From contig CDRNVI010000045.1 of assembly GCA_977017575.1 (NCBI GenBank), positions 62,001 through 126,000 of the forward strand: DNA of 64,000 bases, given 5' to 3'. Position numbers and translations under genes: made by a program. Shown here in pieces: positions 22,915 through 33,024 of the stretch (the stretch's first letter is position 1; every line of letters begins with the position of its first letter). This DNA is from Paramoeba atlantica. Its lineage: Eukaryota; Protista; Discosea. Below the pieces are notes generated by a model. The model did no database searches. It had not been told where the DNA came from and saw only the letters and a program-made list of their open reading frames with translations.

Positions 22915-23605
22915 CCTCCTGCGTTCGAAACAAAACCGCAGAACGGGTAGCCGCGGTCTTGGAGCGTATTTTCCACCCCCCTACCCGGGGTGACCCCCCC
23001 GCATATCCGCAGGACGGGTCCGCCAAGTTCGGAGTTTTTCGGAAAATTGTTTTCGAAAAAAATTTCAACTCGTCGAAAAAAATAGCAAAAAAATTATTTT
23101 TCCAAAATCGTTTCCCCTATTGTATTTTGACTGTGGGACCTATACTAGCTTCCTCCGCAGTTGATTTCGCCAGATATCTCTTCTTCGAGCCGTGGTATGC
23201 CCCCCTGAATGACCCAATTTTTGACCGAAAAAGGTGAAAAAGTATTTTTCGGACCCAAAGAGGCCTTTTTGTGTCGAAAGAATGGTGTTCTTGGAGTCGT
23301 ATTCTTTACCCAATATGTTAGGTAGGCTTTGCTTCACCCCTACTAGTGATTTCCCACATCCAAATGTCGGATTTAGTGCTCTGAGAGAAAAAAAACCCGA
23401 AAATGTCCCTATTTTTACCTGAAAATCGGCTATTTTTGGCTACAATCTTTCCGTTTTCTTCAGCTTTCCCGGCCAATCTTTCCGTTTTCTTCAGCTTTCC
23501 TTTTAGGCTCTTCGCTAAACGCGGTGGCAGTTTTCAACGCGAAGCGCGCGGCATGAGTGACTTCTAAGTTGAAAACAACTACCGCGTTTAACGAAGAGAC
23601 TAAAA
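22915..23605. repeat. family A partial copy ending in the ~105-bp palindrome
   Basis: Matches ~16990-17647; palindrome at 23501-23605. Confidence 0.85.
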
Positions 23606-24123
23606 AACTTATTACTAATAAGACTGGACAAATTTAGCTCGACTTTCTGTATTACAATCCGAGCGTCAAGGCATTGAAAAATTTCAACAAAACAGTACGA
23701 TTCCAGTGCAAATCATTGACAAAAAAAATAAAGGTAGATAATGGTAGGGAAAAATAAATATACTTACTTTAAAGTACCTATAATATAGTTTTATAGTTAT
23801 TCGGACCCCTGCTAATTTTTTTAAGATACTTTTCGACTGCATTTCATCAAAATTTCATTTTACTAAAAGTAACTGGAACGTGTACATCTCAAAATTCTGA
23901 ACTGATAAGAGGGTGTATAAAATTGCTAAACTCCTGAATATCTAGGAGTGATCTTTTTCGGGGCACTGCATTTTTAATTTGAGCCGCACCCGACCGCACC
24001 CGGACGCGCCCGACCGCACCGAACCCGATTCACCCCTCTAATAGAAGATGTAGTACTGTACGAAAATCCATGTTTCGCCTGATGTGCGTCTCCGAACGCA
24101 CCCCATACTCAATCAAAAAAACC

Positions 24124-24762
24124 CTACATCCACATCACATTACGCCTCAAAATACCATTGCATGTTTTGATCTCAGTATCAGTGAAATCGTAAGTTCTAT
24201 GAGAATTCATGCCAAAGTTGCTGGGCAAAACATAGGAACCTCTAAGCTTTGAATTTCCGCTGAGGTATAAATCTTTTAAAGAATTTGGCAGCGAATCAAA
24301 ATCGACCCATCCCTCGAATTGATTATTGGACAACGAAACGGATTTCAGCAAAGGCAAACTCTTAAAGCACGGATTCCCACTGAACCGGTTATTCTGTAAA
24401 GATAGACATACCAGTGTTGAAGGCAAAGATTTGAAAGGTACTTCGCCTGTAAGTTTATTCTTTCGAAGAATGAGCCAGATCAGTTGATTTGGCAAATACT
24501 GCCAATCCAGAGAACCACGAAGACCATACGAACGCCAGTCAATAACTTGAATGATCCCTGCAGCATTGCAGTTTATTCCACTCCATTTACACGCAGGAGT
24601 AGTGGTAGTCCAAGTGGAGTGACTATTTTCAACATCTTTCAGAAGTCGCACTAAATCGTATTCTTGTGGTACGGACACTCCACTTACCTTTTTAGGCTTT
24701 AAGTGCGACGTACCTTCGTAATCCATTGATAGAACTGGTGGAGATAAAACTTTCGATAACAT
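24124..24762 (-). CDS. leucine-rich repeat protein
   Basis: PQEYDLVRL, CKWSGINC cap, about 5 LRRs; paralog of 5299-6186. Confidence 0.85.
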   Translation of the reverse strand: MLSKVLSPPVLSMDYEGTSHLKPKKVSGVSVPQEYDLVRLLKDVENSHSTWTTTTPACKWSGINCNAAGIIQVIDWRSYGLRGSLDWQYLPNQLIWLILRKNKLTGEVPFKSLPSTLVCLSLQNNRFSGNPCFKSLPLLKSVSLSNNQFEGWVDFDSLPNSLKDLYLSGNSKLRGSYVLPSNFGMNSHRTYDFTDTEIKTCNGILRRNVMWM

Positions 24763-25948
24763 CTATCAAACTAGAGATATAAAAGTTGAGGGTTTCTAAA
24801 CCTTAAGGTCTGCACCTCAAGTTGTGGTCTTCCTTTATTTCTTTTTGATTGCCTTGTCATCAAAAGCCTTATCATCAAGCCTTATCATCAAAATTAACTT
24901 CAGTTCACTTTTGTAGTGTTTATGAAATCATGTTCGCGTCAGAAGACCGTCGTACACATAGAATCATCATTAAGAATCAATAGTATCACCCCTCCTTTAC
25001 ACTTGATCCGGGTTTGGGTAGCGGAGAACTTTTGGAACTGACTTTTGGAAGTACTGTACCCCCCTAGTTATCTGTCACTACTTTTCGGGAAAAGATGAAC
25101 AATAAGTAGGGGGGATAATGGTGAGACAGATAACTAGGGGGGTCAGTGTGCGACAGATAGCTAGGGGGGTCTGTCACCAAAAAATATAAAGAACAAAGAG
25201 CTACAAAAAGAATTACTCCCAAAAAGGTTTGTCCAGCCCACAGAAGATTCCTATCTACCCAGTATTTCTTTCTTTTCTTCCTACGCACTTTTCAAACTAT
25301 TAACTTTCAAACTGAAAAGAAGGGAAGTAAAAGTTTCGCTTTTCTGAAAGTGATGAAAAAAGTGACAGTTAACTAGCGGGAGGATGACGTGTGACAGATA
25401 ACTAGGGGGAAAGCTCCTCGGAAAGCGTTTTAAAACGCTTATTAGGGTTGCTTCCCGCGGCCCCGACATGTGGATACCCCCTACTGAGTAGGTGGGTAGT
25501 AATCCCTATGCGGCTCCTGTAGGTCTCCCGAGCCAAACCTTTTTCACTAGGGGCCAGACCAAATAGGGTCTAACCTCTATCGCTGGGGGTCTATTACATT
25601 ATTGTACTGGGGGGTCTACGGTAGAACCTTACCGTAGCAGGAGGATCTATTTAGTAATCCAACATTCGAGGCGTTTCTGCATTTGAAATACTATCTGCAA
25701 ATTATGTACATTGTACACGTTTACTATAGTATAAATTGTTTTCGATTATAAATTGCCTGAAAATGTAAAAAAATGACAAAAAAATGCTGTTCATAATTAT
25801 AATAACTTTTCATGTAAGCCCTTTATCTTTCTTCTAAGAACAAAGAACAACACAATCTATTTCTGAAAGTCAATACACGATTAAACCGTGCCATCTTGAA
25901 TCGCGAAACATCGACCTCAACGGAACCGTCTACACTGGTCCCTCTCTC

Positions 25949-27400
25949 TCACACCGCACTCTCACGGACCTCCTTCGACGGGCTTTCTGTGCGTTTCTCC
26001 TGTTTTTCTTTATTTTTGTTTTCCACGGTGCGCTCCCATAGAAAATACAGCAGCGCGCACATGGAGAAACACACCAGGGCGCCCACCATGCAGCCTAAAT
26101 GCAGCCCGTAGTCGCGGCCCTCCACCGCGGCGTGACCTTTTGCACTGGAAAACCCAAACCAGGCCCGGGCAACGGAGTGCACCAAATTCGTCAGCGGCCC
26201 ACACACCAGCCCGAGCAGCGTAATGAACGGGACGGAGCGGTAGCTTAAATACGCAATGGTGACTAAATTCAGCCAGAGACCGAAAATGTAAAGCACACAG
26301 GGGAGCAGGCCGGAGCCCTGGAATGCACTCTCGGTGCTGAGCTCCACGGGGGACGAGTAGCACAGCCGACGGAGGTTGTCCGCGACACCGTGAAAGGTGG
26401 CGCTGAACGAGGGGCTGTGACCCAGGACGTGTTCCCGATCCAGCAGGGCGTAGAGCACCATGAAGGCGAGCTGGAAGGTGGTGTTGCCGACGAGTACCGT
26501 GAGTCGGGCTTGCAGAGGGTGTAGCGAGGAGGTCGCGTGGGTGGCCTGGTGCTGCTCCTCGCGCGCGACGCGGTCAAAGAAACGCTCCCCTTGGACGGGT
26601 TTTACGGAGACAACGGGGGGATAGGCTCGGACGGATTGTAGCACCCAACCCGTGAGTAGGTTGTAGGTAATCATGCAGCAACTTGAGAGGAGAAACCAGA
26701 ACACAGGCATGGCACGGGGTCCTATGATCACGACGAAATGAAGCGGGGCAAGCGTAAGAACCACACCCACAGCTACGAAAATAACCGCGAGAAGAGGGTA
26801 AAGATTTATTGGGCTCAAAAGCCAGTGCCATACAGTCTGACATCGTGAACGACACGCCACTTTGTGCTCCCGGTCGTAAGATTCTGATGGAGAAGATATT
26901 TGAATGGATAGAGGCTTGGTTTCTTTTTCTTGTTTGTCGTCGGTCAGTTTTGGTTTATGATGCGCCAGAGCTACAATACGCCGTGCTATAAAAAATGACG
27001 GAATCATCAAAGAAAATCCTAGAACGTTTTGAGCGGAAATAGGTATCCGTGCTAAAGGGTAGGTATAAAAAATTCCGGCCAATCCGTTGAAGGCACCAAT
27101 AGCTGCCACGGCTAGGAGCCGCAAACCATGGTATGGGTCTTGCAGAAATATTGAGAAGCACGGTGCGAGAAAATTTCGCCGTCCGACACACGCTGCGGTC
27201 ACTAAGAAAATAACCCAAAAAAGGAAAGCATTGACTAAACTTGGAATAAAAACGGTTGAGTACTCAGGAGATCCCATGTTATGGTCGTACAGTACCCGCA
27301 GCCATCGGTTGAGCGATAAAATCATGAGTGGTACGGATGAGACATTAAGTACACTGACAACAGCGATCGTCGCGTTATCAACGCAACGATGAAACTTCAT
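25949..27400 (-). CDS. multi-pass membrane protein, CRT-like/DMT superfamily transporter
   Basis: About 10 hydrophobic segments; IGAFNGLAGIFYTYPLARIPISAQNVL; first ATG at 27400. Confidence 0.6.
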   Translation of the reverse strand: MKFHRCVDNATIAVVSVLNVSSVPLMILSLNRWLRVLYDHNMGSPEYSTVFIPSLVNAFLFWVIFLVTAACVGRRNFLAPCFSIFLQDPYHGLRLLAVAAIGAFNGLAGIFYTYPLARIPISAQNVLGFSLMIPSFFIARRIVALAHHKPKLTDDKQEKETKPLSIQISSPSESYDREHKVACRSRCQTVWHWLLSPINLYPLLAVIFVAVGVVLTLAPLHFVVIIGPRAMPVFWFLLSSCCMITYNLLTGWVLQSVRAYPPVVSVKPVQGERFFDRVAREEQHQATHATSSLHPLQARLTVLVGNTTFQLAFMVLYALLDREHVLGHSPSFSATFHGVADNLRRLCYSSPVELSTESAFQGSGLLPCVLYIFGLWLNLVTIAYLSYRSVPFITLLGLVCGPLTNLVHSVARAWFGFSSAKGHAAVEGRDYGLHLGCMVGALVCFSMCALLYFLWERTVENKNKEKQEKRTESPSKEVRESAV

Positions 27401-27503
27401 AAACAAAGTTGCGCAGCAACCTTTTCGTAAATAACCTAATTCTGGTTTAAAAGTAAAATATCACGATGCTATATGTTGTACTATATACGCCACTCTTCTC
27501 ATA

Positions 27504-29549
27504 CAGGGGGTGACACGAAAATATGGGGGGGTCAAAATTTTTATAACTTGTCCAATTTGGAAAGTAGCACCGCATTCGAGAGCTCTCGCAGAGATACGTG
27601 TCACCTGATATTGCGTTTCCCGTATCCAGGGGGGTAGGTCCCTATGCCAAAGGGGCTGAAAACAGCAATTGCAAGTTTCAAATTTTGAAAAATACTGTAC
27701 CCCCCCGGTTTATAATAGCCTCGCTTTTGCCCAAATGAACCTATACTGGGAGTTGCATTAATAATTATAAATATATAAAATAAAACTTTTGTATTTATAA
27801 TTATAATTATAATTATAAATAATAATGCAACTGGGCCTCTTGCTTTTTTACGAATGATACTACATGTACTACTACATGTACTAACCCCCCCTGATTATAA
27901 ACCCTGATTATATTTTATATACACATAATTATCTGTATATATAGGTGTAAGTGTATGAGCGAAAGTAGCTAATTTGTGTATATATATACACTTACACTTA
28001 CAGTGCACACAATTATTAGTGTAACAATGATTCGTAAAACAAAGTTCCCTAGCATAACAAAGTTCCCTAGCATTACCATTTTGCAGATGGTACTAACGCC
28101 GACCTTAGAGGAGACAACCCACTCAAACGACAGAAATACCGTTTCTGTAAAAATTGATTTTATCAAGTTGGCAAATTTTTTGGGGGCAGTGCAAAAATTA
28201 GTAAAACAAAAATTAGTGAATTTTTAATTAGTAAAACTTTTTTATTATTTTACAATAAAAGTTTTACTAATTTTTGCGAGCACTGTATATATACACATAA
28301 ACACTTATAAAGTTATATTTATAACCGTAAGTGTATATAAATGTTTATAAGCGAGGGGGGGGGATTACTACATGTCCGCGTTAGTGCCATCAGTGAGGCG
28401 GTAGTACCAGGTAAGACAACAAGGAGGTCCCGACCTAGCTTCCCCATCCAGCTTTCCCCTCCATTTTCTAAGCAGGATGTAAGAAAACGCCGCTTTTTCT
28501 CCACCCATCGAGGAGGGGATCGGCCGGATACGCTAGTAAATTGTTCAATACTGCCTACGTTCTGATCTTGTCCCCTTTTCCCCTTCGGTCGTGACATACG
28601 AGTAAAACAAAAAGCTTAAAACCAATTTATAATTATAAAAACACTATGAAAGAATTTTAAACCCTTAATAACTATAAGTTTAGGATTTGTGCAAATTTAT
28701 AATTATTAATGCAATTTACAGTAAAGGGGGGAGGGCGATTGAAGATTAAGAGTTGGCACAGAAATCGCCCTACATTTGGGAGCGAGGAACCAGGAACTAT
28801 TCAATCGCTAAGTGGGCCCCGGCGCTCTTCCAAAGTAAAATGTCCAGCACGAACACGCACCATACCTCGAAGAACCATATGAAAATAAATATCAAAATAT
28901 TTAAGACAGTGCAAGAAAATTAAAAAAAAATCTTCCCCAGTTTGCCAAAAAAAGAACCTATAAAGGGGGGGAGGGGTCGAGGCTATTATAAACAGGGGGG
29001 GGTACAGTATGTCATTTAATATCCACAATGATCTCCATTTTTTTGTAATGTAATCTTAATATGAGGTGGAACAGTTTTTGAAGTGTGTAAAAATGTTTTG
29101 TTCTGTTCTCCTTTCAACAATTCAATCCCAGATGCGATCGTCGATCGCAATTCTGACCGATTTGTGGGGCATAATGAGCTTTTGTGGGCATAAATTATTT
29201 TTGACCCAGTTTCTTCATACTTCTTTACTAAAAGTATGCGGTGGGTGACTATAAGCTGTACACGAGGACTGTAACAATGACGATCACGGTGCTGTACACC
29301 CTTGTATTGGAATAAGCCCTTGTATGTGGCATAACGCGGCGGAAAGGTCAAAAAATAGAGGGAAAATACATAAAATATTGACATATATTTTAATGTATTT
29401 TTTTGTCCAAAATTAAAAAAATTAAAAACACGGGAAACGCAATAGCAGGTGAACGTATCTCTGCGAGAGCTCTCGAATGCGGTGCTACTTTCCAAAATTG
29501 GACAAGTTATAAAAATTTTGACCCCCCCATATTTCCGTGCCACCCCCTG
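27504..29549. mobile_element. Tc1/mariner-like element with ~120-bp TIRs
   Basis: TA|CAGGGGGTG.. and ..CACCCCCTG|TA; 27504-27622 pairs with ~29428-29549; minus-strand relic LLVKKYEETGS. Confidence 0.85.
27695..29007. mobile_element. pogo-like MITE nested in the Tc1-like element
   Basis: TA|CTGTACCCCCCCGGTTTATAATAGCC ... GGCTATTATAAACAGGGGGGGGTACAG|TA; the same end and an internal block recur at 15713-15845. Confidence 0.85.
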
Positions 29550-29691
29550 TACATAGATCATACTTTACAGAGATCATACTTTACAGAGATCGTACATTTG
29601 TCTTATTCGGTTCAAAAATAGGGCTAATACAAGGTAGAATCAGTACCGAAATGTGCCTTCAGGTTGTAAACCTTATGTTCTTCTTTGTGTG

Positions 29692-31392
29692 CTATCGTGG
29701 CCCCCGCGGTTTGGGTGTACGGAGAATTTCATCTGTAAGCCTCTCACCTCGGCGTCTGGTCAGCTTCCAGTAGGCCCCTTGATGGGATTTGTCGCGGAGA
29801 AACGGCAATTGGCTCTCCATCGTGGTATACGCCTCATGTGGAGTTATGTTAGATGTGCTTACGGCACCGTAGAGATTATCCAGCTGCTGATCCACCAGAC
29901 TTGGAGCTTCCTCCACGACGATCTCTTCTTCGGCCGCTTCCGTATCAGCATTCCCAGAAATTCTGTTTGTGTCTTCGTTTGGACTACCTGACACCGACGA
30001 GTCTCCTGCTAGAGTCCGCTCTTTGCTAAGTTGTTTTGGATTGCGGTTCCCCGTTTCCGTTTCTAACCACCGACCCTGCATCTTTGTGCCGCGATCGCTG
30101 GCATCCTCTTCTTGAAGCTTCTCTATTATCTCCCCTTGCTGACCCTGTACCCACAGTTTGTCCCGTTCTTGTCGCTCTGTCCGCTCCTGACACGCCGTGG
30201 CCTCACAGTCGGAGCGGTAACTCTCCGCGGCCTGCGCGCGACTGAACGCTATGGGACCCAAGTGACGTAGGGCGAAAGTCAAGGAGGCATCTTGTCCCAC
30301 GAGATTTTCCTCCGAGGCTATAGTCGTAACCGGAAAAACAGGCAGCTCCCCGGAAAATCGTTTCCGGAGTTCCTCACACACCACAGCCGTGTCTCTGCCG
30401 TGGTTATCATAGGCGAGATCCGCTTTGGTGGCCCAAATCGCCACGGCTCGGGTAGACAATCCGGAGTCGTAGTACTCCATCTCCCTTCGCAGCACCTCCA
30501 CTACTTCCCAGGGTTCCAAGTATCGACCCTGGAGCTCACTGTGGTAGACGTTTGCGAGATCCACTATGTAAACAAGCGTGTTTGCGCGTTCCGCGTGCCG
30601 CAGCAATCCCGAGCCGAGGCCTTTCCCCGCATATGCCCCCTCGGTAAGTGCGGGTAAATCCGCCACCCGGATACTTGTCCCACCATAAGCTTTATGCAGA
30701 TACCCCACATACACTTCCCGGGTCGTATAGGGGTACGGAGCCACCCTCGGTCGCGCCGTCGTCAACGCCCCCAGCAACGCACTCTTCCCCACATTCGGCA
30801 GCCCCACCAACGCGACCTCACACGCCGTACGCAGCTCCAGCTGCACCAGCATACTCTGCCCCGGGAGTCCCTGGGTACACTCCCGGGGGGCGTGGTTCCG
30901 GCTGTGGGCGAACCGCACGTTCCCCTTCCCCCCTCGCCCCCCCTCCAGCAGCAGCACCCCCCCCTCCTGGGTGAGATCAAACAGGGTGTGGTTGCCGTCG
31001 AGGTCCCGCACGGTCGTCCCCAGGGGGACTTCCAACACGAGATCGGCCCCGTTCTCCCCACACAGGGTCTTCGCCGCCCCCGCGTTGCCGGGGCTCGCGT
31101 GCAGGGCGTACCCCATGCCGTCGATGTGCGCGAGATCCGGCCTGCGGGGGGTGGCCGCGAGGTAGACGTCCCCGCCGGCGCCCCCGTCCCCGCCCCCCGG
31201 CCCCCCGAGGTTGTCGTTGCAGGCGTGGAGGAAGGCACTGCGGCCGTCCCCGCCGCGGCCGCTGGTGACCAGCGCCTTCACGGTGTCGACGAAGGGGGCG
31301 TGGCGGGTGTAGGTGCGGGGGGGGAGGGGGGAGGTGAGGGCGGTGTGGAGGACGGAGGCCATGCGGCTGAGGAGGAGGGGGGTGGGGGGCAT
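29692..31392 (-). CDS. Obg-family GTPase (MTG2/ObgE-like), mitochondrial
   Basis: FVDTVKALVTSGRGGDG, GGDGGAGGDV, GGRGGKGN, VALVGLPNVGKS, VAPYPYTT, ADLPALTEGA, ATKAD. Confidence 0.93.
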   Translation of the reverse strand: MPPTPLLLSRMASVLHTALTSPLPPRTYTRHAPFVDTVKALVTSGRGGDGRSAFLHACNDNLGGPGGGDGGAGGDVYLAATPRRPDLAHIDGMGYALHASPGNAGAAKTLCGENGADLVLEVPLGTTVRDLDGNHTLFDLTQEGGVLLLEGGRGGKGNVRFAHSRNHAPRECTQGLPGQSMLVQLELRTACEVALVGLPNVGKSALLGALTTARPRVAPYPYTTREVYVGYLHKAYGGTSIRVADLPALTEGAYAGKGLGSGLLRHAERANTLVYIVDLANVYHSELQGRYLEPWEVVEVLRREMEYYDSGLSTRAVAIWATKADLAYDNHGRDTAVVCEELRKRFSGELPVFPVTTIASEENLVGQDASLTFALRHLGPIAFSRAQAAESYRSDCEATACQERTERQERDKLWVQGQQGEIIEKLQEEDASDRGTKMQGRWLETETGNRNPKQLSKERTLAGDSSVSGSPNEDTNRISGNADTEAAEEEIVVEEAPSLVDQQLDNLYGAVSTSNITPHEAYTTMESQLPFLRDKSHQGAYWKLTRRRGERLTDEILRTPKPRGPR

Positions 31393-32304
31393 GGGGGGAG
31401 GGGGGAGGGGGGTGGGGGGTAGTGGGAGTAGGGGTTAGATGGATGGATGGATTTAAACCAAATCGCCTTGTGTCATCCGATTACGCTTTCTCTAAGGAGG
31501 GTAATCTTAGATGAGGTGAATGGAAGGGGGGTGGGGGAGAGGAGGGGGAAGGGGAAGGGGGAAGGGGAGGAGGGGTGGATAGGGTGGTCATGGTGGAGGG
31601 GTTAGAGCGTAGGGAATGTAGTAAAGAGAGGAAAGAAAGGTTTTATGGTGAAGTGACGAGTGGGAGAAATATGACCATTTCAAGGCTTTCGAAAAAGGTT
31701 GGTTTTGCAAATGGTGTGTATGAGCAATAAGGATACTAGGGGGGCTGTAGGTCTCGTTGAAACCTCGTGAAAACTCGACACCCGCAGCCCCTCACATATC
31801 GCCGTTGACCATTGCGACACAAGCCAAACTCGTTAAAGGGGGGGTTCGTCTATTATTAACAATTTTTTTTGTTAATAATAAACGATTTGTTACTAATAGA
31901 TGAAATAATACCCACTTTTTCAATAATGGATGAATTTTTCATCTATTATTAACAATCAACCTTTTGGGCTTGTTTTAGGCCTGTTTTCTACCCTAACCCC
32001 CACGAATACACCAATTTTACGAACAAAAAGCCCGCTGAAAGTTAAATTTAGCGATTTTTCCTTTAGGGAATCTGCGAAAAATGAAGGAAATTAATTCTTG
32101 TTAATAAGAGATGAATGTTAATACTAGATGAAATAATACCATTGTTAATAAACCCCTCCGCACCAATAAGGCACCCGCCCTTAAGTTTTCAGCCAAATGT
32201 CCGTTTGGGTTGATTTTTGTTGCATTTTGCAGATCTCAACATAAAGACTTTGCGCGCGAAGAAATGAAACAAAAAGAAACGAATACGTATATTTTAGAGA
32301 AAGA

Positions 32305-32720
32305 TTACCATTTTGTCACCTTTTCTCCGTTACTCGCCACACAAACTTTGAGGCGAGCATCTAAGCTCAAAACCCAATCATCAATATAATCTTGAGACAA
32401 TTTACGCCAAGCTTTACGTACGCTTTTTATGAGATCTTCTTTATTTGCCGGATTGTATTCATCTACAAGACTTTGTACCATGCTCCACACGTTTTCTATT
32501 GGTGAGAGATCGGGGGAGTTGGGCGGCCAATTTTTCAAAAATTTCATTTTGTTGTCATCAAGGTACGCTTTTGTTTCCTTCGCAGTGTGAGGTGTTGCCC
32601 CATCTTTCTGAAAAATACCATTTGGGGTGAATGGTACTTTTTTTAATGTTTTAATGTACGAAACACATGTAATTGAGTTGGATGGAAGAATAACAAAGTG
32701 TCTTTGGATTCTTTTTTTAC
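32305..32720 (-). pseudogene. Tc1/IS630 DDE transposase C-terminal fragment
   Basis: IFQKDG, NWPPNSPDLSPIENVWSMVQ, SVRKAW, RLKVCVASNG. Confidence 0.85.
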
Positions 32721-33024
32721 TTCAGGGCTCAGAGTGTAAAGAATTTCAGGCGAATTGTTTTTCAAATATTTTCCAATATGTTTCACATTGACATTAAACC
32801 CGCGGGCTAGTTACCTTATCGCAACCCCGTGGCCAAGCCTCATGCGCCATAACACTTTTCCACTTTCTGTAAGATCACCCCTGGGGAGTCGATACGTATT
32901 TTTTGGCATGAAAAGTGATTTTTTTTAAAAAATACATTCAACTTTTTTATATTTTTCGAAATGACCTAAAGACAACGGGAACGTACAGATCTCAAAATTT
33001 TGCACGATAAAGTGGTGCGATAAC

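Noticed and set aside
30694-31422. Long plus-strand ORFs opposite Obg, SPT6 and CDC45 (e.g. 30694-31422, 49884-51170, 58021-59034)
   Set aside because: Shadow ORFs caused by stop-codon depletion in the GC-rich islands.
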